This document shows positions 9,970 to 19,399 of a DNA stretch of 30,426 bases, piece after piece. The stretch is from contig JBALDB010000016.1 in assembly GCA_036918135.1 (NCBI GenBank), forward strand, positions 1 through 30,426, in the 5' to 3' direction. Both the position numbers and the translations under genes were made by a program. The notes beneath the pieces are model-generated. The model ran no database searches and was not told the DNA's origin. It saw nothing but the letters and a program-made list of their open reading frames with translations. The DNA is from Nostoc sp. (GTDB lineage Bacteria; Cyanobacteriota; Cyanobacteriia; Cyanobacteriales; Nostocaceae). Numbering within the stretch: the first letter of the stretch is position 1; the number at the start of each line of letters is the position of its first letter.

Positions 9970-10326
9970 TTAGAGTTTAAGCTGTTGTCTCAAGTCTTCT
10001 GCGTTCTTTACTTGGCCCCAATCAACATCACTATGACGCAACAGTTCGACAGCTACACCAATTAGGTGCTGAGGATAAACGCGATCGCCGGGGGGAACCG
10101 GCTCTAGATTATTGTCTCGAACTGTACGAGCAGTATCACTTAACCATTCATGCTGTTCCCGGCTGATTTTAATGTTGATAGAAACTGGTTTTTCCTTTGG
10201 TGCTAACTCTTTGACTGATACAGGTGCAAGTGTAGATTCCTCTAGTGGCTCAGTTGTTTGTGTCTCACTGGCTTTGATACCAGAAAACTGGCTAAGTTTC
10301 ATACCGCCCATCTTACTTTTTGTCAT
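9970..10326 (-). CDS. Small ParA-associated protein, putative centromere-binding adaptor
   Basis: Directly downstream of the parA remnant. Low-complexity N-terminus followed by VSINIKISREQHEWL, a strand-helix pattern resembling ribbon-helix-helix proteins. Confidence 0.55.
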   Translation of the reverse strand: MTKSKMGGMKLSQFSGIKASETQTTEPLEESTLAPVSVKELAPKEKPVSINIKISREQHEWLSDTARTVRDNNLEPVPPGDRVYPQHLIGVAVELLRHSDVDWGQVKNAEDLRQQLKL

Positions 10327-10351
10327 ATACTATTAAACCTTTATACTATTA
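10326..10351 (+). repeat. Second set of the same direct repeats
   Basis: TATACTATTA (10326-10335) and ACCTTTATACTATTA (10337-10351) lie between parA and the adaptor gene. Confidence 0.65.
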
Positions 10352-10366
10352 ACTGTTAATAATATA

Positions 10367-10710
10367 TTACTTCCACACTTTCAAGCATTCTTTAGCTAAT
10401 GACTGATAAGCCCTAGCACCGCTAGATTTAGAGGCGTACTCTTTAACTGGCTTTTGTTGTGCTATCGATTCAGCAACAGCGATATTCTCTGGATTGTCGT
10501 ATGCAGAAGACGATAGTTTAAATCTGCTGCTGCCTCAATCAGCAAATCATCAACTTCCTTAGTCAGAACTAACCGAGGCTTATAGCGCACCCTCAGCACA
10601 TCAATGGGAATATCTGCCCTTTCACCTCGAATTAATTCAACCGCTTCCGACAAACCTTTGAGTTTACCGCCGTAGGCATCGCCTTTTTCCTCTAAGAAAA
10701 TTGTTAGTTG
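10367..10710 (-). pseudogene. parA: ParA-family ATPase, C-terminal remnant with frameshift
   Basis: ...VLRVRYKPRLVLTKEV...LLHTTI, then a 1-nt shift near 10492 restores PENIAVAESIAQQKPVKEYASKSSGARAYQSLAKE, a typical ParA C-terminus. The Walker A half is missing. Confidence 0.75.
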
Positions 10711-10719
10711 AGAGCAGCC

Positions 10720-10748
10720 GCGATGTCTACGACGGGCTATGCCTACGC
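10720..10748 (+). repeat. SDR5-type 21-nt element inserted in a HIP1 site
   Basis: GCGAT-GTCTACGACGGGCTATGCCTA-CGC, i.e. HIP1 split by 21 nt; near-identical to the copy at 27262-27290. Confidence 0.75.
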
Positions 10749-10757
10749 ATGGGTATA

Positions 10758-11243
10758 TTAAGCCCGTCCTGTTTCACCTATTTGATCTGCATCGTCTGCT
10801 ACTCCATTGCGAAAGCGCACTTCTAAGCCGTGTTCTGGCTCCCAGTCACACTCAGCTATCAACTTAAAAGTAGGAATATGCAGGTCATACTCAACGTGGG
10901 GCGGCACATAGATATATGAGAAAGTCACCTCATCCCAAACCTGAATGGGATTAGCCAGCTGCGGCATTTCCTCATCCCCTATCATCTCACGATATACATT
11001 ATAATTTTGCAGCACCAGAGGCGCAGTGATGCTTAACACATCGCTTGGCAAGGCTAGAGCTTGCCGAATAGCTTCACGCTGAAGCGATGAAAGTTCCCCT
11101 ATCTGCCCCTGTTCAAAATCCACACAAATCGGTACACGGCGATCGCCCAAAACAGCATATTGTTCTAGAGTCCAGTGGTTGGATTCGTTTCTTATCTGTC
11201 CAAACTCAGTATCGCAATAACTCGCCCAGAGTTTCTTCATCAT
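10758..11243 (-). CDS. Hypothetical protein, DUF6985-like
   Basis: 161-aa acidic ORF with a C-terminal ECDWEPEHGLEV motif. Confidence 0.6.
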   Translation of the reverse strand: MMKKLWASYCDTEFGQIRNESNHWTLEQYAVLGDRRVPICVDFEQGQIGELSSLQREAIRQALALPSDVLSITAPLVLQNYNVYREMIGDEEMPQLANPIQVWDEVTFSYIYVPPHVEYDLHIPTFKLIAECDWEPEHGLEVRFRNGVADDADQIGETGRA

Positions 11244-11343
11244 CTTTAATATATGCGTTCTTAATATATATAGTAGTTAGTAGTTCCACATTCCCTGGAT
11301 TTTGTGTAATCTGCAATTAAGAATACTTTACCTCCTGGAGTAG

Positions 11344-11375
11344 GCGATGGTCTACGACCGACCGTAGGTCATCGC
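11344..11375. repeat. HIP1-bounded hairpin dispersed repeat
   Basis: GCGATGGTCTACGACCGACCGTAGGTCATCGC, an imperfect palindrome with HIP1-like ends. Confidence 0.55.
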
Positions 11376-12496
11376 AGCGTAGCACTGTATCTGATCCATC
11401 TTGTGGCACTGGTACTATGGCGATCTCAAGGACGTAGAATATTAATGCAGTAATTGATGCAGTAATGCAGTATTTAAGTAAATAAATATTTATGAGGCGA
11501 TCTGGTTGTAATGACTGCGTAGTTTACCGCCGTAAGCATCGCTTTTGTTCGTATGAATACTTCGATATCGAAGAATTGGGAACAGCATTTGAGTTACTTA
11601 TGGAGAGTTTCTTAAACCCTGGGAAAGGTACATCTGTCAAGTTGACAGAGTTATTCCAGGAGGTGGTGATACTCATTAAAACCCCACACCAACAGAATAT
11701 GGGCAACTTAGGTCAGGAGGCAGGAGGTAAAACTATTGCTAACTCTCTTCTTTCACCCCATCCTTATGTCCTAAAGAGTGTGACTACGGCTATAACAACC
11801 AAGTAGGAAACAAAGCGATCGCGATAATCGCCGTTGTTACGGTTGGTATAGTCGCTCTAGCTTCTGTTTGGGTGATTGCACAATCTGACTGTGGGGCAAG
11901 ACTCCACTTTAGAATTTGGCCTTCACCAGATATTCGGTTGGAGAAATTAGCTTGTTTGCCCAAATAACGGGTAATATTTAATAACTCAAAGGCGATTACA
12001 ATCTCACCCTAACTGCGATCGCCTTTTTCTGTGTAACCTTAACCGATTGTTCCAGATAATCCAATTATCCCTTTTGTTTGGGACGACAGCAGAGGTATAA
12101 ATATTTGGTCTGCTGTCTAAAAAGTGCTAGATGCAATCGCACTGGTCGCCTTACCTAACTTTTCACGGTAAGTTCTCAAACCACGAAACAACGTGACTTT
12201 TTCCATAGGCTAATTATCAATAGCTTTTAATTAATGAGAATAGCTAACATAAAAATTAGGGTTTGAGAAAAGCTCAAAATGGCGTTTTCCAGATGCTGTG
12301 AAAAGTCAGCACCTACATGGATATCAAGTTGTCATCAGCAGAGGATTAAAGTGCGGACTCAACTCCTGACATTACTCTACTGAAGCCTAGAATCCCCCAT
12401 ATACTGGGTTTCTCCAAAACGAATCGCACTTACACGTATGGAGGCTTCACGTCGAAAGCATCAGTGCTTTCAGTTTCCATTAAAATCATTCTTTCT

Positions 12497-13369
12497 TCAA
12501 ACGCTTGAGAGTTCACTGATTAATACTTTCACAACAAAAGAGGGATCTGCTCGTCGCCATGCGATCGCAAGTTCTAGCGCAGGTGCAGTGTCGCTTAGGG
12601 TGAGGTAACGCAAACCTGTAGATCCAAGGCATTCTATTCCTGAAGCCACAAAATGAATGCCTTGCCCAGCTAGCAGTAGAGCCATGCAGTTTTGATCGTG
12701 AGCCTGCTTGAGAATTCGGGGCGTAAATCCTGCGATTGTGCAACAGCGTAAAATCTCATCATGCATCGCTGGGTTTTCAGCACGGGGATGCAGAATAAAC
12801 ACGTCATTTGCAAACTCGCTCAGGCTTGCTCCCGATCGATTTGCCATCACACGATCGGCAGAAACAGCCAGTTTCATTGGCTCTCGATAGACTCGTTTGA
12901 CCTCAAGTAAGGTTGAATAAATCGGCAGATAGAGAAACCCGATATCTATCTCTGCGCTATGTAACTGATCGAACACCATGTCCGTCGATCGTTCACGCAG
13001 ATCTAATTCAATCTCTGGAAACTCGCTTCGACAGCGCTCAAGAAACGGTGGCATTACGGTATAAAGCGCCAAGGGAACATACCCAACTCTCAAACGATTT
13101 GAAGCGTCTGCGGTTGCGTGGCGAATCCGTCGCGCGATTTCATCGACATGGATGAGTAGCGCTTTCGCTTCTTTGAGGAGATGCTGACCTGCCTGGGTCA
13201 ATTCCACAGTGCGGGTGGTACGGTTGAATAACGCAACGCCGATATCTTGCTCAAGTCGCCTAACTAACCGCGTCAAAGGCGGCTGTGACATATTTAGCTT
13301 CTCCGCTGCCCGCCGAAAGTTTAGCTCTTCAGACAGCACGATGAAGCAGCGAAGATCTTGGATTTTCAT
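12497..13369 (-). CDS. LysR-family transcriptional regulator
   Basis: LRCFIVLSEELNFRRAAEKLNMSQPPLTR...LFNRTTRTVELTQAG HTH plus substrate-binding domain; 290 aa. Confidence 0.95.
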   Translation of the reverse strand: MKIQDLRCFIVLSEELNFRRAAEKLNMSQPPLTRLVRRLEQDIGVALFNRTTRTVELTQAGQHLLKEAKALLIHVDEIARRIRHATADASNRLRVGYVPLALYTVMPPFLERCRSEFPEIELDLRERSTDMVFDQLHSAEIDIGFLYLPIYSTLLEVKRVYREPMKLAVSADRVMANRSGASLSEFANDVFILHPRAENPAMHDEILRCCTIAGFTPRILKQAHDQNCMALLLAGQGIHFVASGIECLGSTGLRYLTLSDTAPALELAIAWRRADPSFVVKVLISELSSV

Positions 13370-13536
13370 GCTGTTATTGATGCAATTCTAGTATCAATAA
13401 TAGATCGAAATTAGAATTAATCATCACTTCACGGTGAGTTAGTTTAAGACTATTGCTTGAATCGATGTTCCAAAAATTAACCGAAGATTGACCCAAGCTA
13501 GCTCGCACTTGTTAGTTTTCATCAATTGGACAACAT

Positions 13537-14436
13537 ATGGAAAAATTCGAGGTCATTATCATCGGCGGCGGCACGGCTGGTTTGAGTGCGGCTTTAACGT
13601 TAGGACGTTCTCGCAAACGCACGCTCGTTTGTGGCTCAGGTGCGCCGCGCAATCAGCCGTCTCACCAAGCGCACAACTTCTTTACGCGAGATGGGATTAG
13701 TCCGACTGAACTGCTGCACATCGGGCAAGAACAACTCGCACCCTACAACAGTGTTCAATTTCGACCTGAGACTGTGGTTGAGGCTTGCACAAAAGATAAT
13801 GGGTTTGAAGTGATATTGGAAAATGGCACTCAGCTAGACGCCCGACGACTTCTGCTCGCAACAGGCGTTATTGATGAACTTCCGGCGATCGCAGGTCTAA
13901 ACGAGCTATGGGGCGTTAGTGCGCTGCATTGTCCTTACTGTCATGGATGGGAAGCGCAAGATCGAGCGATCGCGCTTTACGGGAAGGGTCAAGTTGGCTT
14001 TGACCTCTGCCTTTTAATCAAAGGTTGGAGCAATGACCTAGTGCTATGTACCGATGGCAGCGCAGACTTAACGGACGAGCAACGAGCATTAATCGAAAAG
14101 CACAACATTCCTATCCGTGAAGAAAAGATTGCTCGCTTTGAGGGCAAAGATGGACACCTCGATACCATTGTTTTTACAGATAGTCAGGTGCTGGCTCGAA
14201 CCGCGATCTATCTTTGCGCTCCGCAGCGACAGCGTTCTGAGTTACCCAAATTACTGGGTTGCGAGATCGAAAATGGTTTGGTTAAGGTGAACGACTTTGG
14301 GCAGACCAGTATCCCAGGGGTTTACGCCGCAGGCGACATGATTACTCCGATGCAAAGCCTTCCGTATGCTGCCTTCAGTGGAACACGCGCGGGAGCTTTT
14401 CTCAATCATGAACTCTTAGCAGAAGACTTTAGCTGA
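13537..14436 (+). CDS. FAD-dependent thioredoxin reductase-like oxidoreductase (CPYC subfamily)
   Basis: IIGGGTAGLSAAL, LLLATGV.D, HCPYCHGWE and TSIPGVYAAGD motifs; divergent from LysR. Confidence 0.9.
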   Translation: MEKFEVIIIGGGTAGLSAALTLGRSRKRTLVCGSGAPRNQPSHQAHNFFTRDGISPTELLHIGQEQLAPYNSVQFRPETVVEACTKDNGFEVILENGTQLDARRLLLATGVIDELPAIAGLNELWGVSALHCPYCHGWEAQDRAIALYGKGQVGFDLCLLIKGWSNDLVLCTDGSADLTDEQRALIEKHNIPIREEKIARFEGKDGHLDTIVFTDSQVLARTAIYLCAPQRQRSELPKLLGCEIENGLVKVNDFGQTSIPGVYAAGDMITPMQSLPYAAFSGTRAGAFLNHELLAEDFS

Positions 14437-14498
14437 ATGGCACGCTTGAAAAGCTCTAAGCTGTGTGAAATAGGGGTTACAGCTTTTAATGCCTATTG

Positions 14499-14700
14499 AC
14501 CCGCATTTGTCACAAGCTTGATGAGGTGCAGGGATGCTCTTGAGCAGGGGAGCAGGGGAGAGTTTTTGTACAAGTTCTTTCCCCTCTGCACAAGCGCAGG
14601 CAAATCGAGATGTGGTGAGAAATCCGGGCGGGGAACAGGGAACGGGAAAGAAGGATTTACAAATGTACTTTGTTTTTTCACAAATGATTTAGGACTGCTA
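14499..14700. mobile_element. MITE-like element plus an adjacent partial repeat element
   Basis: ACCCGCATTTGTCACA (14499) and GGTGAGAAATCCGGGC (to 14629) are imperfect inverted repeats with GAGCAGGG tandem units inside. They are followed by GGGAACA units and an end TCACAAATGATTTAGGACTGCTA. Confidence 0.55.
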
Positions 14701-15301
14701 TATATCATCTACCATCTTAATAATGCTAGCGTCAAACAAACACGAGACTGTTGTAATAGCTCCGTTTCAACTGGGAGCGACAGCACGGCGATTTATTCAA
14801 GTAGTTGGGGTTCAATTAAAAATAGACAAAACCTCTACGAATACCAAAGTCAGGCTCATGGTAAACTAACTTATGGGGTTAAACATGACCTGACTTTTCC
14901 CGTTAAGTCTCTTTTGCAAGCTGCTTCTACAATTATCTATGTCATTTTGAAATTTTCCTTAGTTTTTATTAGTAAATAAGATACGTTCGCCCTGGATGAG
15001 CCACAAGATTAAGTCCCCCGACTTATTCGCAAAGCTAAATCGCGAATTGTTTTCTTTATTTATTTTTACAAAATTGGGATGCTCCCAAAATTTTAGAACA
15101 TAAGTAGTTTATTTTTGTTCAATAAAAAGCCATAATCAACGATTAAATCATTTCCTTTTCCTATAGAATCAACAAATATTAGGCAATCCTATTATTCAAT
15201 GGTAAAGCCTAAATGTAGTTAGAAATTCAGAGGATAATTAATGCTGTAATAAATTCTGTTGTCTGTCCCCTTTCTTGTTCAAGAAATCTCAGAAAAAGAT
15301 T

Positions 15302-15382
15302 ATGTCTCTAGAAAATATCAGAGCTTTCTATGAAAAACTAGCATCAGATGAAGTTTTCCGTGTTCAAATACAAGGCGTTTAA
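15302..15382 (+). pseudogene. Nif11-like leader peptide RiPP precursor, truncated
   Basis: MSLENIRAFYEKLASDEVFRVQIQGV* matches the Nif11-type leader pattern MS.E....F..K...D..FR.Q; stops after 26 aa. Confidence 0.75.
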
Positions 15383-15606
15383 AACCATGAGCCATCTCAA
15401 AGAAGTAGCTATACCCTTCGGTTGCGATACTCAAATCAATCGCCTTTCTGCACCAGAATTCCTCGTATTTATGAGTATCTTCGTGATGCAGGTGTCTTCG
15501 CTTGGCAAATTCAAACGATTCTCTTCACTTTACTGCTGACAATATTCAATAGCCAGACAGTTGGCAGGAAGAACTATTACTACCATCTTTGTTTGTTTTG
15601 AGTTAA
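15375..15606 (+). pseudogene. Fragments of a Nif11-class peptide radical SAM maturase
   Basis: AFKTMSHLKEVAIPFGCDTQINRLSAPEF / (shift) PRIYEYLRDAGVFAWQIQ / (jump) DSLHFTADNIQ*PDSWQEE resemble, from recall, internal and C-terminal parts of cyanobacterial nif11-class rSAM enzymes. Confidence 0.6.
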
Positions 15607-15640
15607 AAGCCAGTTCATAAATTTGATTTATAGGAATAAT

Positions 15641-15853
15641 ATGTCTACTGAGTATACGGCTTTAGCAGATGATATCACTAGTACTTTAGAATCATCTGCT
15701 GATAAATCTCAAGTTGAGTTGGACTCCTAACAAACCCTATTACCTCGTTTAGCTTGGAAAAGCCAAATAGCTTATTTACGAATTATTTTTAAAGCAAAAA
15801 AGGCTTTAGATCGAATTGAGAAGGAAGCAGATATCTTTAAAACTTATAACTAA
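15641..15853 (+). pseudogene. Small hypothetical protein with an internal stop
   Basis: AGGA RBS, then MSTEYTALADDITSTLESSADKSQVELDS*QTLLPRLAWKSQIAYLRIIFKAKKALDRIEKEADIFKTYN* in one frame with TAA at 15728-15730. Confidence 0.5.
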
Positions 15854-16092
15854 TTTATTGATAGATACTGAACAGTTATTTTATGTTTAACCTAAAAGTT
15901 TCTGAGCTAAATTATACTGATTATGAGTTTTTCCAGGATTGGGAGAGTTTTCTAATATATTTAAAAGACGAGCAACTATCCATCATGGCATAATTTTTTT
16001 AAAATACTAACATAAGCACAATTAACGTTCCTCTATGTAAGAATATTTTTGCTTGTCTATTTTTTTCATTAGGTGATTAAATAACAAATATT

Positions 16093-17241
16093 ATGACATT
16101 TCTCTTAAATTCTCACAATGTTTTCGATTATTTAGTTGAACAGGAGTTATGCAATCAATCCGAGCAAACTCCCAGCAATATAGAACTACTTGCAGCAAAA
16201 AACTTCAATTTATTACTAACTTTTCCAGATAGTTGTAAGCTTCTTATTAAGCAAGAACGACATTCTCAGCAAGGGAAAGCGGCTGGTGAGTTTTTGAGTG
16301 AGTGGCGAATTCAAGAGTTTTTACAGCGGTTTTCTAATCTCGATCGCTATCGCCAATTTTTGCCAGAGGTTCTGCATTTTGATGTAGAGAATTCCATTAT
16401 TGTCTTCAAATACCTGGATGACTATCGGGATTTAATAGATTTTTATACTAAGGAAAATAGGTTTCCTACAGAAATTGCCACAGCAGTCGGTACTATCTTA
16501 GGGACTATACATTGTGATACTTTTAATCACCAAGAATCTCAAGACTTTTTCTCTAATAATTCAGATAATTTAATAGTTGACCAAGTACTGCATTTGATCC
16601 AAAGATTGGAAAGAGTTGAACCAGAAATTTTTGGTTTGATACCTGATGATGGGTTGAAGTTTTTTGTCCTCTATCAACGGTATGATAGCTTAGGGGAAGC
16701 GATCGCTGAACTAGGTAATGCTGTAATTCCTTCATGTCTAACCCACAATGATTTGAAGCTGAATAATATCCTTCTGCAAAAAGATTGGCAGTATTCTATT
16801 AACAACATTATCAGATTGATTGATTGGGAACGCTCTGCTTGGGGAGATCCAGCCTTTGATTTGGGAACACTTATTGGTAGCTACGTTCAAATCTGGCTAG
16901 GTAGCTTGGTGATTAGCAATTCTTTGAGTATTGAAGAATCCTTGCGTTTAGCAATAACACCTTTAGAACGACTTCAGCCTTCAATTGGCGTTTTGACTCA
17001 AGCTTATTTAAATACTTTTCCAGAAATTGTAGAACACCGCCCTGATTTTTTACAGAGGGTCGTGCAGTTTACGGGTCTTGCTTTAATTCAACAGATTCAA
17101 GCAATGATTCAATATCAAAAATACTTTGGCAATACAGGGATTGCTATGCTTCAGGTTGCTAAAACATTATTATGCCGTCCTGTACAATCAATGCCAACAA
17201 TTTTTGGTACTGCTGTTACAGAACTAGTTACTGTTAGGTAA
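16093..17241 (+). CDS. Aminoglycoside phosphotransferase-family kinase (LanK/TvaC-like peptide Ser/Thr kinase)
   Basis: KNFNLL, LLIKQE, catalytic loop LTHNDLKLNNIL and IDWERSAWGDPAFDLG motifs; 6 bp upstream of the HopA1 gene. Confidence 0.85.
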   Translation: MTFLLNSHNVFDYLVEQELCNQSEQTPSNIELLAAKNFNLLLTFPDSCKLLIKQERHSQQGKAAGEFLSEWRIQEFLQRFSNLDRYRQFLPEVLHFDVENSIIVFKYLDDYRDLIDFYTKENRFPTEIATAVGTILGTIHCDTFNHQESQDFFSNNSDNLIVDQVLHLIQRLERVEPEIFGLIPDDGLKFFVLYQRYDSLGEAIAELGNAVIPSCLTHNDLKLNNILLQKDWQYSINNIIRLIDWERSAWGDPAFDLGTLIGSYVQIWLGSLVISNSLSIEESLRLAITPLERLQPSIGVLTQAYLNTFPEIVEHRPDFLQRVVQFTGLALIQQIQAMIQYQKYFGNTGIAMLQVAKTLLCRPVQSMPTIFGTAVTELVTVR

Positions 17242-17247
17242 ATTCTT

Positions 17248-18360
17248 ATGCAATTATTAAACTCTACTCAATCTCAATTAGAGGCTACTTTAACCAATCG
17301 ATTACTGGATGTGCTGCAAGATATTGTTCGCAAAGTTGAAATTAAGGCTGATTTCTCTGTTCACCATCCAGATTACAAACCTTTGAAATTACCAGATGAA
17401 GTGATTGAACGATTTCAGAAAATGTCAACCCAGATGCAGCAGAAATATTTAAGTTTGCAATTGCGGAGTTTTCTCTATGGTATTTATTACAACGGTTCTA
17501 TGCGAAGTGCGCTAGCACTAAATGGAGAAGGAAATGCTTTACCCCTAGATTTAGAAAATAATACTGTCTTGGGGATAGATATCGGTTTTTACGATCGATT
17601 ACATGAAAGTAATTGTGGAGAAGGCTATTTTGACTCTGGTTGGTCTGTGGTCAGAGAAGAAACAGATGGTGCTTTAGTAGTAATTAAGGGTGGTTTAAGG
17701 CTACATATTCAGCGCAATAAGCATCTTCAATTTATCGAGCAAACCATCTTAGTAGGTGATTCAGTAGCTATCCGCTTGCCTAAAAATCGGATGCAAAATG
17801 GCTTTTATATGGCAGTTGGTAATCTGGGTTTTACTAGGGTTACAAAGGATAAAAACCCACTATTAACCGTAAGAATTTATTTTAATTTAACTCCCAAAGG
17901 TGCTGTGGTAGTGATGGAGAGCTTGACAAAACAGTTGAATAAGTTAGCAATTCCTTTCAGTTTTAAAGTTTTATATAATCCAAAAGAATACGGACGGCAT
18001 GACTCAGGAGTTTTGTATTTTGAGAAAACAGATTATCAGGTAGTTAAAGAAGTATTGCCTGATGTATATAAAATAAATAAATTGCATTTTCTGCCGGAAA
18101 ATCCTTTGTTCACAATGCAACTGATGCCAGGATTGGGTTTAGCAGAAGAACCAGATCGAAAGTTTGCTGAACATGAAAGTTTTGGGATGAATCGCTGTCA
18201 GATAGTGGCAAATGGATTACTAACAGCTTGGTATCAAGGAGATAATTCACCAGAAGGGCGGATGCAAGCTATCCAAGAGCAATTTTCTCTGTTAGGAATT
18301 GACTTACAACGTGCTTACTTAAATGCTAATTCTGAAGATATTTACCAGTTGTTTAACTGA
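17248..18360 (+). CDS. HopA1-family protein (LanY/TvaD-like phospho-Ser/Thr lyase)
   Basis: VRIYFNL, FSFKVL, RHDSGVLY, PLFT.QL.PGLGLAEEP and ESFGMNRCQIVA motifs characteristic of HopA1-family RiPP lyases. Confidence 0.85.
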   Translation: MQLLNSTQSQLEATLTNRLLDVLQDIVRKVEIKADFSVHHPDYKPLKLPDEVIERFQKMSTQMQQKYLSLQLRSFLYGIYYNGSMRSALALNGEGNALPLDLENNTVLGIDIGFYDRLHESNCGEGYFDSGWSVVREETDGALVVIKGGLRLHIQRNKHLQFIEQTILVGDSVAIRLPKNRMQNGFYMAVGNLGFTRVTKDKNPLLTVRIYFNLTPKGAVVVMESLTKQLNKLAIPFSFKVLYNPKEYGRHDSGVLYFEKTDYQVVKEVLPDVYKINKLHFLPENPLFTMQLMPGLGLAEEPDRKFAEHESFGMNRCQIVANGLLTAWYQGDNSPEGRMQAIQEQFSLLGIDLQRAYLNANSEDIYQLFN

Positions 18361-19376
18361 TGCTAATAACCGATCTGACATTACAACCTTACTTACCATC
18401 AGAGCAAATTGATTGTCCAAATGCTCAATTCCCAGAATCAAATATGCCTTTCTATCGAAAGCTGGGACGCACTGACCTAACAGTTAGCTGCTTGGGTTTG
18501 GGCGGTGGTGGTAGTATTTCTAGTGAGGATACCCTTTACGCTTTTGACCAAGGAATTAACTACTTTTTTTACTCTAGCGACCTACACCATTATATATATA
18601 GTTCAATGGCTGGAGCGCTGCGCCAGATGTGCGGACGTGGTTCCTCAAAACGAGAAAAAGTAGTACTAGCAACAGTAACTTATATCAAAAGTCCAGAGAT
18701 GGCGATGGCTGCTCTGTTGGATCAGTTTATAGATTTGAAAATTGATTATATTGATGTATTTTTCTGGGGCTGGATTGGTTCTAAAGATGGGTCAGCTTTA
18801 CAAGATTGTTTGCAACTTTCTTCTGATTTAAGAGGAGCTAATTCTGTCTATCAACGTAGTATCGAAAAAATTCTTGGTATCTCAGAGCGCCTTAAAAAAA
18901 TGGGAGCTGTTCGCTATGTTGGTGCTTCTTTTCATGATGTCAATCTTGCTCAACAGTGGTCTAACAGTCCTCTGTTAGATGTAGTGATGGTCAGACATAA
19001 TGTTGCTCATCGATCTGCTCAATCGCAAATATTTAATCAGCTAGAGAACCAAGAAACTCATAGACCTGGTATTGTTACTTTTAAGTCTACAGGCTCTCAT
19101 ACGGGAGTTCTGTGGGATGCTCCTCAAAATTTGCCACAAGGTTGTTGGCGACCCTCTGTACCTGATTTATATCGCTACTCTTTAAGTCAAAATTGTGTGG
19201 ATGTTTGCTTAACCGGATGGCAATACCGAGAACAAATTGATGCTGCGATCGCTGGAATACAAAAAGGCAAATTTTCCCAAACAGAAATTGACTACCTAAA
19301 TTTATACGGAGATTTACATCGCAACAAGCTTTCTGTAGCTGATATTTTACCAGAACGCTTAATTTATCGCTCCTAA
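18360..19376 (+). CDS. Aldo/keto reductase-fold protein with an atypical active site
   Basis: YRKLGRTDLTVSCLGLGG, AFDQGINYF, IDYID and LKKMGAVRYVGASFH AKR motifs; TGATG coupling to the HopA1 gene. Confidence 0.85.
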   Translation: MLITDLTLQPYLPSEQIDCPNAQFPESNMPFYRKLGRTDLTVSCLGLGGGGSISSEDTLYAFDQGINYFFYSSDLHHYIYSSMAGALRQMCGRGSSKREKVVLATVTYIKSPEMAMAALLDQFIDLKIDYIDVFFWGWIGSKDGSALQDCLQLSSDLRGANSVYQRSIEKILGISERLKKMGAVRYVGASFHDVNLAQQWSNSPLLDVVMVRHNVAHRSAQSQIFNQLENQETHRPGIVTFKSTGSHTGVLWDAPQNLPQGCWRPSVPDLYRYSLSQNCVDVCLTGWQYREQIDAAIAGIQKGKFSQTEIDYLNLYGDLHRNKLSVADILPERLIYRS

Positions 19377-19399
19377 GTACCAAAAATACACTACACTCT

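Noticed and set aside
11492..11970. 104-aa ORF and a downstream hydrophobic frame (NKAIAIIAVVTVGIVALASVWVIA...)
   Set aside because: Probably decayed fragments; the hydrophobic frame has no valid start and no family was recognised.
14493..14979. ORFs 14518..14979 and 14493..14708
   Set aside because: They run through MITE/repeat sequence and have no recognisable motifs.
15348..15539. 63-aa ORF as a real gene
   Set aside because: Chimeric reading across the Nif11/rSAM deletion junction and frameshift.
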